From: Pirellulales bacterium
GTDB taxonomy: Bacteria > Planctomycetota > Planctomycetia > Pirellulales > DATAWG01
Assembly (NCBI GenBank): GCA_963725485.1
Contig: CAVRYO010000008.1
Span: forward strand, 328,802-392,801
Reading direction: 5' to 3'
DNA: 64,000 nt
The notes under the pieces are model-generated. The model saw only the letters and a list, made by a program, of their open reading frames with translations, did not search any database and was not told the DNA's origin. Position 1 is the first letter of the stretch; each line of letters begins with the position of its first letter. The position numbers and the translations under genes were made by a program. Below are positions 21,029 to 30,700 of the stretch, one piece after another.

Positions 21029-21114
21029 GTCAGCTAGCTAGACCGGCTGTCGAAACTACAATGAGGCACTTTTTCGACTTGGAAAATTCCTCCGCCACTC
21101 CAGCTTAGCGCACC

Positions 21115-22020
21115 ATGGCCGCCGGAAAGATCGATCCTGCTACCGGCTCGGCGCCTGCCACGGCGGGTGAGCCCCCGCTCTTGGCCATGGATGTTGCGCC
21201 AGCCCAGCGCCCCAAGTGGAACAAGCGCGGCGTGCCGGAAGGGCTCTGGCAACTGTGCCCCGGCTGCCAGGGGATGATCTATCGCAAAGAGGCCGAAAAA
21301 CGCCAAAATGTCTGTCCCGAATGCGACTACCACTGGACCGTCGGCGCCCGCCAGCGCATCGAGCAGTTGCTCGACGAGGGGACGTTCGACGAATGGGACG
21401 CCGATCTCCGGCCGACCGACCCGCTGAAATTCACCGACAAGAAGTCCTATGCCGATCGGCTCAAGGCCGAGCAAAAACGGACCGGTCTCGTGGACGCGGC
21501 CGTCGTCGGCAGTGGCATGATTCGTGCCCGCCGCGTGGCCTTCGGTGTCACGGACTCGGCATTCATCATGGGAAGCATGGGCTCGGTCGTCGGCGAAAAG
21601 CTGGCCCGCCTTACCGAACGGGCCACCGCCGAAGATCTGCCCTTGATCATCGTCAGCGGTTCGGGCGGCGGCGCCCGGATGCACGAAGGAATTTTGTCGC
21701 TGATGCAAATGGCCAAGGTTACCGCCGCCTTGGCCCGGCACAGCGCGGCGGGGGGTTTGTTTATCTCGGTGCTCACCAACCCGACGATGGGTGGCGTGGC
21801 CGCCAGCTTCGCCTCGCTCGGCGATCTCTGCTTCGCCGAGCCCAAGGCGCTGATCGGTTTCGCCGGCCCGCGGACGATCAAAGCCACGATCCGGATCGAG
21901 TTGCCGAAAGGGTTTCAAACGAGCGAATTCTTGCTCGAGCACGGCTTCATCGACCGCATCGTCCGCCGCCCCGATCTAAAGAGCGAAATCGCCCGCGCGA
22001 TCGACTACTGCGGCAAGTAG
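21115..22020 (+). CDS. accD: Acetyl-CoA carboxylase carboxyltransferase subunit beta
   Basis: Zn-ribbon [26 protein letters not shown], then [20 protein letters not shown] and [12 protein letters not shown]. 301 aa, uninterrupted. Confidence 0.9.
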   Translation: MAAGKIDPATGSAPATAGEPPLLAMDVAPAQRPKWNKRGVPEGLWQLCPGCQGMIYRKEAEKRQNVCPECDYHWTVGARQRIEQLLDEGTFDEWDADLRPTDPLKFTDKKSYADRLKAEQKRTGLVDAAVVGSGMIRARRVAFGVTDSAFIMGSMGSVVGEKLARLTERATAEDLPLIIVSGSGGGARMHEGILSLMQMAKVTAALARHSAAGGLFISVLTNPTMGGVAASFASLGDLCFAEPKALIGFAGPRTIKATIRIELPKGFQTSEFLLEHGFIDRIVRRPDLKSEIARAIDYCGK

Positions 22021-22151
22021 CGGCGCTGAGTGGAGTCGGTTCGAACGGCGACGAGTGGGACGAGCATGCCGTAGCGAGATTGAACTCGTGATTGTTGAAG
22101 ACAGATTCAACCTGGACGGAAAAAAGGGGACGCAGCTCTTTTTTTACGGGC

Positions 22152-22835
22152 TCAGTCGTTCGAGGGCTTTTTCCGTGGACGGCCGCGTGGGCGCAGTGTC
22201 GATTGCAGGCCCAGCCGCCGCGCGGCGGTTCGTTGCCACGCCTCGCCGCCCAGCGGGCTTCCGCGCTGGATCGCCCGCCGCACCGCATCCAGTTCCGCTT
22301 CCGTTTGCGGCATGTTGACATGTTCTAGCCAACTGCGCGGCAACGGCAAGGGCCAGCGGCTCAACAGCGCCCGGTCTTCGGCGCTCCCCGATTCGCGCCG
22401 CCACAAGCTCGACCAACGCCAGTCCTGGGCCGCAGCCACCATGCCGGCGCAGAGCGCGTTGCGTTCCACGTACCGCACGACGGCATAAAAATGCTCGTCC
22501 TCTTCGACGGGAAATGCCTTGAATCGGCCTTGGTATAGATGGCCCTGGCCCGCCGTGTGATAATGCGCATGCCAGCGCATCGTGTGCGTGTGGGCCAGCC
22601 AGCGGAAAAAGTCGGTCAGTTGATCGTCGCGCGTCGGCCGGACCACGAAATGCCAATGATTGGGCATCACGCAGTAGGCCATGATCTCGACGGGAAACCG
22701 CTCGTGGGCCTCGACCATCACGCGCTCGAAAGCCTGGTAGTCGGCATCCTTGGAAAACAACGGCAGTCGGGCCACCGCTCGATTCAGAGCGTGATAGATC
22801 AACCCCTTGGGCGCTTTGCGAGCAGTCCGCGGCAT
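22152..22835 (-). CDS. IS200/IS605-type Y1 (HUH) transposase of the REP-associated (RAYT) kind
   Basis: 227 aa. HUH motif in MPNHWHFVV, Tyr context VVRYVERNAL. No tnpB partner and no IS ends, but flanking inverted REPs are present. Confidence 0.75.
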   Translation of the reverse strand: MPRTARKAPKGLIYHALNRAVARLPLFSKDADYQAFERVMVEAHERFPVEIMAYCVMPNHWHFVVRPTRDDQLTDFFRWLAHTHTMRWHAHYHTAGQGHLYQGRFKAFPVEEDEHFYAVVRYVERNALCAGMVAAAQDWRWSSLWRRESGSAEDRALLSRWPLPLPRSWLEHVNMPQTEAELDAVRRAIQRGSPLGGEAWQRTAARRLGLQSTLRPRGRPRKKPSND

Positions 22836-23082
22836 GCCCAGAGGCTACCGTGCGGAAACCGAGTCGTCAAGAAAAAGAGTGCGTCCCCTTTTCCGTCCCC
22901 GAAAGCCTGATAATCGGCATCCTTGGTAAACAACGGCAGCCGGGCCACCGCTCGATTCAGAGCGTGATAGATCAACCCCTAGGAGCTTTGCGAGCAGTCC
23001 GCGGCATGCCCAGAGGCTACCGCACGGCAACCGAGTCGTCAAGAAAAGAGCTGCGTCCCCTTTTCCGTCCTTTTCCGTCCCC
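22728..23082. repeat. Tandem direct duplication (173 + 182 bp) of the RAYT 5' end, leader and upstream REP
   Basis: 22728-22900 and 22901-23082 align almost base for base. The second copy reads RKAPRG-stop instead of RKAPKGLIYH and carries an extra TTTTCCGTCC. Confidence 0.85.
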
Positions 23083-23331
23083 AACACGCACCGGCCAGTT
23101 TGGCCCCAGCCGCTCGACGTTTGCCTCGCTGATCCCGAACGGACTATGGACCGAAAAGATCGCCTCGCCCGGTTCCACGAGGACGTCGACTTTGTCGTTG
23201 TCTCGCTTGGCCGTGATCTTGAATTTCGGCGTCGCTTCCTCGCCGCCCGCGAGCGGTGCGTGCATGGCGCCCAGGAAAACGATCGCGATCATCGTTCGGC
23301 CCAACTGGTTGGGAATCCTACTTGTCGCCAT
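23017..23331 (-). CDS. Hypothetical small secreted protein; the last ~22 codons lie in the duplicated REP segment
   Basis: MATSRIPNQLGRTMIAIVFLGAMHAPLAGG is signal-like. No family recognised. Confidence 0.35.
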   Translation of the reverse strand: MATSRIPNQLGRTMIAIVFLGAMHAPLAGGEEATPKFKITAKRDNDKVDVLVEPGEAIFSVHSPFGISEANVERLGPNWPVRVGDGKGRKRGRSSFLDDSVAVR

Positions 23332-23392
23332 CGAAATCGGTGGGGCTGGCAGATCGGGTCTTTATTCGCTCGACGAAGAATATCACTCTAGA

Positions 23393-23487
23393 GCCTATCC
23401 GAGAACCGTCTGGGCGAAGGGGACAGTCCCATGTTGTTCGGCGGCACTCACAAAATCGGGACAGTCCCCACCGGTTCTCGGATAGGC
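23393..23487. repeat. REPIN-like hairpin element, family B variant (GGGGACAGTCCC core); a degenerate half-copy follows at about 23527-23580
   Basis: GCCTATCCGAGAACCGTCTGGGCGAAGGGGACAGTCCC...CGGGACAGTCCCCACCGGTTCTCGGATAGGC. Confidence 0.8.
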
Positions 23488-23586
23488 TTTTGGTTAGAAG
23501 CTCTGACTCAACTCGCGGCGTCGAGGGGTCAGTCCCATTTTGCTTGCAGGGCATTGCAGGATGTCGTCGTGGACAGACCTCTGCGG

Positions 23587-23991
23587 TTAAGTTAGCGGTT
23601 CTTCGGAGAGATACGCACGCCACGGTGTCCAATAATACTTTTCCCAGCCGTGGCTGACTCCGGCGAAGTCATGATCGACCACATTGATTTGGGTCAGTTC
23701 GATGCGCCCGCCATCCCCCTCAGGCAAAAATGTGAGAATGAGCGTGGAGTCCAGATCGTCGGGGCCCCAGTGCGGAAAGCGCCACGATTGCACGACGAGC
23801 CGCTTGGGAACCACCTGCAGAATCGTGCCGGAGAGAATATCGTTGAACGCCCGGAACGGAGCGCCGACATGCGCCGCGATCGTGACGGGCGAACCGGTGA
23901 ACGCGGCATGCTCGACGGGATCGAGATACATGTCGAACAGCCGCTCCGGCCGAGCGGGCAATGAAGCGGCGAGTTGGATCGTGCGCGGCAT
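23587..23991 (-). CDS. SRPBCC-superfamily protein (AHSA1/Aha1-like domain)
   Basis: 134 aa. RLFDMYLDPVEHAAFTG...GTILQVVPKRLVVQSWRFPHW...STLILTFLPEGDGGRIELTQ pattern. Confidence 0.6.
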   Translation of the reverse strand: MPRTIQLAASLPARPERLFDMYLDPVEHAAFTGSPVTIAAHVGAPFRAFNDILSGTILQVVPKRLVVQSWRFPHWGPDDLDSTLILTFLPEGDGGRIELTQINVVDHDFAGVSHGWEKYYWTPWRAYLSEEPLT

Positions 23992-24213
23992 AGTCTTTCA
24001 ATCGTCCTGACGTGCGAAACAACGTGCGTGTATCCATTGTACAAAATTCAACTTCGTCGCAGCGCCTTTCGACAAAGATCGCGTTGGGACGCCGTGCGCA
24101 ACGCGCTCGGTCAATTCGCTTGGTTGCGGATGACGGCGGCTAGAGGATATTCTGGCCAATGACCGTCGGCGGGCGAAAAGTTTTTCCAAGAGGAATCTTT
24201 CGGGCAAGGCGTC

Positions 24214-25161
24214 ATGATTTCGCGTCGCGGACTGACCTGGCCGATCATTTTGGGCGTGACGATGATCGTGCTGGTCGTCGCCCTGACGGTCGGCTGGATC
24301 ATCATCACGGCCTCCGCCGCCCTGGGCTCGACGAATCGCGGCGTCTATTGGGCGATTTTGGTCGTGGGCACGATCTTTCTCGTGCTGCTGCTGGTCGGCG
24401 TAATCGCCTACTTGTTGTTGTCGATCAAATCGATTCGCCTGACGCGGCGGCAATCGAATTTCATCGACAGCGTCACGCATGAATTGAAAAGCCCATTGGC
24501 TTCGCTCAAGCTTTGTCTGCAAACGCTCGACCGCCGGCAGCTTTCGCAGCAGCAGCAGTCGGACTTTCATCGGTTCATGCTGGAAGACTTGCAGCGCTTG
24601 GATTATTTGATCGATCATCTGCTGGATACAGCCCGGTTGGATCAGAACCCGGTCGAAAACGCGGCGGAAGATGTCGAGCTGGCGGCGCTGCTGGACGCCT
24701 GCGCCCAATCGACTTGCCAGCGCTACCGAGTGCCGCCGCAAACGATCCGCAGCACCTTATCGCCGATGTGGGTCCGCGGCACGCCGATCGAGTTGGAGAT
24801 GGTGTTCCGCAACTTGTTGGACAACGCCGTGAAATACGCCGGTAGCACGCCGGAGGTGGCCATCGAATTGGCGGGCGCCGGCGATGGGTGCGTGCGAGTC
24901 AGCATCAGCGACAATGGGCCGGGCATTCCGGCGAAGCTGCGGCGGAAAATTTTCGGCCGGTTCGTCCGCTTGGGCAGCGAATTGGAGCGATCGAAGCCCG
25001 GCACCGGGCTGGGATTGTATATCGTGCGCACGCTGGTCAAACGGATGCATGGGCAGATCGTCGTGCGTGGTCGCGGCGCGCAGCCCGGCACGGTGTTCGA
25101 AGTGGAACTTCCGGCCGCCGCGAGATTCCGAGAACCGGCGGGGACTGTCCCGATTTTGTGA
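24214..25161 (+). CDS. Sensor histidine kinase (2 TM, HisKA + HATPase_c)
   Basis: H-box SVTHELKSPLASL, N-box FRNLLDNAVKYA, G1 ISDNGPGIP, G2 GTGLGLYIV. The last 13 codons and the stop lie inside the repeat at 25122-25225. Confidence 0.85.
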   Translation: MISRRGLTWPIILGVTMIVLVVALTVGWIIITASAALGSTNRGVYWAILVVGTIFLVLLLVGVIAYLLLSIKSIRLTRRQSNFIDSVTHELKSPLASLKLCLQTLDRRQLSQQQQSDFHRFMLEDLQRLDYLIDHLLDTARLDQNPVENAAEDVELAALLDACAQSTCQRYRVPPQTIRSTLSPMWVRGTPIELEMVFRNLLDNAVKYAGSTPEVAIELAGAGDGCVRVSISDNGPGIPAKLRRKIFGRFVRLGSELERSKPGTGLGLYIVRTLVKRMHGQIVVRGRGAQPGTVFEVELPAAARFREPAGTVPIL

Positions 25162-25225
25162 GTGCGGCCGAACAAAATGGGACTTTCCGACTGTCCTCTT
25201 TGCCCGAGACGATTCCCGGATACGC
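25122..25225. repeat. REPIN-like element, family B variant (degenerate), between the kinase and regulator genes
   Basis: GATTCCGAGAACCGGCGGGGACTGTCCCGATTTTGTGAGTGCGGCCGAACAAAATGGGACT... aligns with the reverse complement of 23393-23487. Confidence 0.7.
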
Positions 25226-25231
25226 TATCAA

Positions 25232-25972
25232 ATGACGAGCGATGCGATGGACCAAATCCTGATTATCGAAGACGAAGAGCATCTGGCGATCGGGATCAAG
25301 GTGAATCTCGAAGCCGAAGGATACTTGGTCACGGCCGTCGGCGATGGTCCCGCGGCGCTGGCCTTGTTTCGCGAGAATCCCGCGGCAATCGACCTGATTA
25401 TCTTGGATCTGATGCTCCCGGGGATGAGCGGGTACGCCGTGTGCGAAACGATTCGCGGCGAAGGGCACGTGGTGCCGATCCTGATGCTCAGTGCCCGCAC
25501 GCTGGTCGAGGACCGGATTCGCGGGTTCGACGCCGGCACCGATTTGTATCTGCAAAAGCCGTTCGATCTTGAAGAGCTGATCAGCATCGTGCGCAATTTA
25601 CTCGGACGGAAGCATCGCGCGGACGGCACGTCGCCGTGGCCGACCAGCAAGCCATTGGAAACCGTGTTTCGTTTTGGCCGGGCCGTCGTGAATTTCGACA
25701 CCTATCAGGTGACCGTGGCGGATGAACCGCTACGGTTGACGAGCCTGGAAATGAAGCTGCTACGGTACTTCGTCGAGCACGAAGGATCGGTCGTCACCCG
25801 GGCCGAGCTGCTGGAAGATGTGTGGGGTATGTCGCACACGCCGACGACGCGAACAGTCGACAATTTTATCGTCAACCTGCGAAAGTATTTCGAACTCGAC
25901 CCGGCCCAGCCGAAGCATTTTTTGAGCGTCCGCGGCACCGGCTACCGGTTCATTGCAAGTGGAGAAGAGTGA
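25232..25972 (+). CDS. OmpR/PhoB-family response regulator
   Basis: Receiver domain (ILIIEDEE, LIILDLMLPGMSG, LQKPF) and winged helix (LTSLEMKLLRYF...TVDNFIVNLRKYF...VRGTGYRF). ATG at 25232. Confidence 0.85.
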   Translation: MTSDAMDQILIIEDEEHLAIGIKVNLEAEGYLVTAVGDGPAALALFRENPAAIDLIILDLMLPGMSGYAVCETIRGEGHVVPILMLSARTLVEDRIRGFDAGTDLYLQKPFDLEELISIVRNLLGRKHRADGTSPWPTSKPLETVFRFGRAVVNFDTYQVTVADEPLRLTSLEMKLLRYFVEHEGSVVTRAELLEDVWGMSHTPTTRTVDNFIVNLRKYFELDPAQPKHFLSVRGTGYRFIASGEE

Positions 25973-25982
25973 GCGCCATACA

Positions 25983-26038
25983 AGCTGAAGGGTGGGCGCC
26001 GCCACCGGTGGGCAGGGCCCACCCACCCCTTTCAAGCT
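25983..26038. repeat. Hairpin element, family D (CAGCTTGAAAGGGGTGGG...GCCCACC), just after the regulator stop
   Basis: AGCTGAAGGGTGGG...GGTGGGCAGGGCCCACCCACCCCTTTCAAGCT. The reverse complement of 26007-26039 shares 18 nt with 26176-26193. Confidence 0.65.
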
Positions 26039-26175
26039 GTTGTCGCTAGCTTTGTTTTTCCCGGGCAATTTGATGGCTCTTCGCGAATCGATTGCGCGGG
26101 CACGGCGTCGGTCGCTTTTTGATAGCAACGTTTTTTCCGTGGTTTATTGTGATCCACGTGATTTCCATGAATTGA

Positions 26176-26205
26176 CAGCTTGAAAGGGGTGGGCAGTGCC
26201 CACCC
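26176..26205. repeat. Family D copy in inverted orientation, just after the gltD stop
   Basis: CAGCTTGAAAGGGGTGGGCAGTGCCCACCC, with internal hairpin GGTGGGCA/TGCCCACC. Confidence 0.65.
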
Positions 26206-26217
26206 TACGAGGCTCGA

Positions 26218-27704
26218 TTACCGCCAGGCGTAGTCCCCCGCGGCGACGCTCGGGAGATGCGTGACGCCCATCAGATGCTTGTCGATCGCTCGGGCGGCTT
26301 CGCGGCCTTCGTGGATCGCCCAGACCACGAGCGATTGCCCGCGGCGCAAGTCGCCGGCGGCGAACACGCCGGGCAAGCTAGTCATGTAGTTGGCGTCGGC
26401 TTTCACGTTGCCGCGCGGGTCGAGCTCCAAGCCTAGATCGGTGATTGGCCCCTTTCGCTCCGGGCCCAAAAAGCCCATCGCCAGCAGGGCCAGTTGGCAG
26501 GGCCATTCTGTTTCGCTGCCTGGAATTTCGCGCATCACCGGGCGGCCCGAGGCGTCCTTGTCCCATTCGATTCGCACCGTGACCAGGCTTTTCACGGCGC
26601 CCTGTTCATCCGCTTTGAATTCCTTTGTCAGGATGCTCCATTCGCGTTGGCAGCCCTCTTCATGCGATGTGCTTGTGCGCAAAATCATCGGCCATAGCGG
26701 CCACGGCGTATGGCTGGGGCGCTCGTGGCGCGCGGATAAGACCCGACGTCGGGTGGTTGCGGCAGCAGTTCGAATTGCACCAGGCTGCGGCAGCCTTGCC
26801 GGTTCGAGGTGCCGTCGCAGTCGCTGCCGGTGTCGCCGCCGCCGATGACGATTACGTCCTTGCCGGTCGCCAGAATTTGGCCGGCAACTTCGTCTCCTTG
26901 GTTGCGGGCGTTTTGCTGCGGCAGGAATTCCATGGCGAAGTAAATCCCCTTGAACTGCCGTCCGGGAATCGGCAAATCGCGGCCCTGCGTGGCGCCGCCG
27001 GCGAGCAAAATGGCGTCGAAATTGTCGCGCAGCTCGGCCGTCGGAACGTTCACACCGATGTTGGCTTCGCAGCGAAACTCGACACCCTCCTGCTCCATTT
27101 GCCGAATGCGCCGCCAGACGTGGGATTTTTCCAGCTTGAAATCGGGAATGCCGTACATCAGCAATCCGCCGGGACGGTTGGACCGCTCGAACACGGTGAC
27201 CTGGTGCCCGGCGCGGTTGATTTGCTGCGCTGCCGCCAGCCCCGCCGGGCCAGAACCGACCACGGCCACGCGCTTGCCGGTGCGCACGGCGGGCGGCTGC
27301 GGCACGATCCAGCCTTCGGCGATGGCTCGATCGGCGATCGACATTTCGATTTGCTTGATCGCCACCGGGTCTTCATTGATTCCCAGCACGCAGGCGGCTT
27401 CGCACGGCGCCGGACAAACGCGGCCGGTGAATTCTGGGAAATTGTTCGTCGCATGCAGGCGATCCAACGCCGTCCGCCATTGGTCGCGGAACACCAGATC
27501 GTTCCAATCGGGAATGATGTTGCCCAACGGGCAGCCGGTGTGGCAGAACGGGACACCGCAATCCATGCAGCGCGCGCCCTGGCGCTTCAACTCTTCGACG
27601 GCGAGCGGCTTGAGAAATTCGTTGAAGTGCGCAAGCCGCTCGCCGACCGGCTGCTTGCCGGACGTTTGCCGCGGGTACTTCAGGAAACCACGCAGATCAC
27701 CCAT
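26218..27704 (-). pseudogene. gltD: Glutamate synthase (NADPH) small subunit, one frameshift near 26700-26745
   Basis: [10 protein letters not shown]...[48 protein letters not shown] | [20 protein letters not shown]...[25 protein letters not shown]. The start overlaps the gltB stop by 8 nt. Confidence 0.85.
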
Positions 27705-30700
27705 GGCCGACTTTCTCCAGCACCGTCGAACCATTGGCGGAATGCGCGGCGGTTCCATTTTCGTGCGTCGCTTCGGCGGCACGCGTCATTTCGGCCAAGG
27801 CTCGCTTGTAATCGATCGGCATCACCTTGATGAAGCGGCCACCAAGCCGATCCCATTGGTCCAACACGTGTTGACCGCGGCTGCTGCCGGTGTACTCCAC
27901 GTGGCGGCGAACCATAGTCTGAACGAATTCAAGGTCCTCGGCCGTGGGCTCTTCCAGGGCCACCATTTCGCGGTTTACCCGCGGTGTGAATTTGCCTACT
28001 TCGTCCAAGACAAAGGCCATGCCGCCGCTCATCCCGGCGGCGAAATTTCGCCCGGTCTCGCCCAAGATGATTGCCCGACCGCCGGTCATGTATTCGCAAC
28101 CATGATCGCCGACACCCTCGACCACCGCATGCGCGCCGCTGTTGCGCACACAGAAGCGTTCGCCGGCGATGCCGCGCAGAAACACCTCGCCGGCGGTGGC
28201 GCCGTACAAGACCACATTGCCGGCGATGATATTTTCTTCCGGCTTGAACGATGCCTCACGGGGCGGATAAACGATGATTCGTCCGCCGGAGAGCCCCTTG
28301 CCCAAGTAGTCGTTCACATCCCCTTCCACGCGCACCGTGATCCCGTGAACGCCGAAAGCGAACAGGCTTTGGCCCGCCGAGCCTTTGAAATTGAGTTGAA
28401 TCGTATCTTCCCGGTCGAAACCCCGCGCGCCATAGCGCCGCGTGACTTCGCTGGAAAGGATCGTCCCCACGGTGCGATTGACGTTGCGAATCGGCAAGTC
28501 GAGGACCACGGGCGTTTGATGTTCGAGCGCCGCCTGGCAGCCGGGCAGCAGCTCGGCAACGTCCAACGAGCGTTCCAGGCCATGATCTTGGGATTGCGAG
28601 CAATAGGTTTTTACGTTGGGCGGCGCTTCCGGTTTGAACAGAATCTTGGAGAAATCCAAGCCGGACGCTTTCCAATGATCGATCGCCGCGCGGGTATCGA
28701 GCCGATCGACGCGGCCGACCATTTCGTTGATCGTGCGGAAGCCGAGACCTGCCATGACCTCGCGCAGTTCCTCGGCCAATAGGAAGAAGAAATTGACTGC
28801 ATACTCCGGCTTGCCGGTAAATTTCTTCCGGAGCTCGGGATCCTGCGTGGCAATTCCCACCGGGCAAGTGTTCAAATGGCACTTGCGCATCATGATGCAA
28901 CCGATCGTCACCAACGCGCCGGTGGCGATACCCCATTCCTCGGCCCCCAACAACGTCGCGATCGCGACATCTTTGGCTGTCCGGATCATCCCGTCGGTCT
29001 GGACGACAATCCGGCTGCGCAGATCGTTCTTGACCAGCACTTGGTGCGTCTCGGCCAGACCGAGCTCCCAGGGCAATCCGGCGTGCTTGATCGACGTTTG
29101 CGGACTGGCGCCCGTGCCGCCGTCGTGGCCGCTGATGAGCACGACGTCGGACTTGCCTTTCGACACCCCGGCCGCCACGGTCCCGACGCCGACCTCGGCC
29201 ACGAGCTTCACGCTGATGCGGGCTTTGGAATTCGCGTTCTTCAGATCGTGGATCAACTGGGCCAGATCTTCGATCGAGTAAATATCATGATGCGGCGGCG
29301 GCGAGATCAGGCCGACCCCCGGCGTGCTGTGGCGAATCCGGGCAATTTCCTTGTCGACCTTGTGGCCGGGCAATTGCCCGCCCTCGCCGGGCTTGGCTCC
29401 TTGAGCCATTTTGATTTGCAATTCCTGAGCGCTGACCAGATATTCGCTGGTGACGCCGAACCGGCCGCTGGCCACTTGCTTGATGGCGCTGGCCCGGAAG
29501 TCGCCGTTGGGATCGCGCACGTAGCGCGCCGGGTCTTCGCCCCCTTCGCCGGTGTTGCTCTTGCCGCCGATACGGTTCATGGCGATGGCCAGCGTTTCGT
29601 GCGCTTCTTTCGAAATCGAGCCGTAAGACATGGCTCCGGTGGCAAAACGCTTGACAATCTCGGCGGCCGACTCGACTTCGTTCAGCGGAACCGGAGTGTC
29701 GGCCCATTTGAATTCCAGCAACCCGCGCAAGGTGAGCAGGCGCGTGTTCTGCTCGTCGATCAGGCGGCAAAATGTCTTGAATTCGGCGCGACTGTTGATT
29801 TGCGTGGCATGCTGCAGCTTGGCCACCACGTCGGGACTGAGCATGTGGGCTTCGCCCTTGCGGCGCCATTGGTATTGGCCGCCGACGTCGAGGTCGAGCG
29901 TGTCGCCGATGGCAAATCGCGGATAGGCATGCTCGTGCCGGCGGAGCGACTCCTCGGCGATTCCTTCCAAGCCGATTCCTTCGATCCGGCTGGCGGTGCG
30001 GGTGAAATACTCTTCGACGAACTGGGTCGACAGGCCGATCGCTTCGAAAATCTGCGCGCCACGGTAGCTTTGCAACGTGGAGATGCCCATCTTCGAAGCG
30101 ACCTTCATGATTCCCTTGGCCGCCGCCTTGCTGTAATGCTTGTACATTTGCTTGGTGGTGAGCGTGGCGGGGAGATAGCCGTCGGCGGCCAGGGCGTCGA
30201 GTGTGGCGAAGGCCAGATACGGATTCACGGCCCCGGCCCCATAGGCCGCCAACAGTGCGAAATGATGCACTTCGCGAGCTTCGCCCGTTTCGACGACGAT
30301 GCCGCAGCGGGTGCGCGTCTCTTCCAGAATCAGATGGTGGTGCACGGTGCTCGTGGCTAGCAAGGCCGGGATCGGCACCCGCTCGGCGTTGACGCCCCGA
30401 TCGCTGAGGACCAGGATCGTCGCCCCGTCTTGGATGGCTTGCGAAGCCTCGCGGCGCAGCTCGTTCAGCCGGCGGCGCAATCCTTCGGCCCCTTCGGCGC
30501 GGGAGAACAAAATTGAAAGCGTCTGGCTATGCAGCCGAGGGCGGTCGATCTGCTTGATCTGGGCCAACTCCTGATTGGTGAGAATCGGGCTGGCCAGCCG
30601 CAACAGCCCGCATTGATCGGGCGTTTCTTCGAGCAGGTTTCCTTCAGAGCCGATCGTGGTGATCAGCGAGGTGATGATCTCCTCGCGAATGCCGTCCAGC

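Larger units (their letters stand above)
22114..23082 (-). mobile_element. RAYT unit: REP-associated tyrosine transposase gene bracketed by inverted REP copies, with a tandem duplication of its 5' end
   Basis: Left REP 22114-22147 is GGACGGAAAAAAGGGGACGCAGCTCTTTTTTT. Its reverse complement occurs at 22871-22898 and 23043-23080. The gene lies between them. Confidence 0.7.

Noticed and set aside
22033-22052. tRNA-like T-loop (GGTTCGAAC); also GGGTCGAATCC at 8333-8343
   Set aside because: The flanking bases cannot form a T-stem or an acceptor stem, so no cloverleaf can be drawn.
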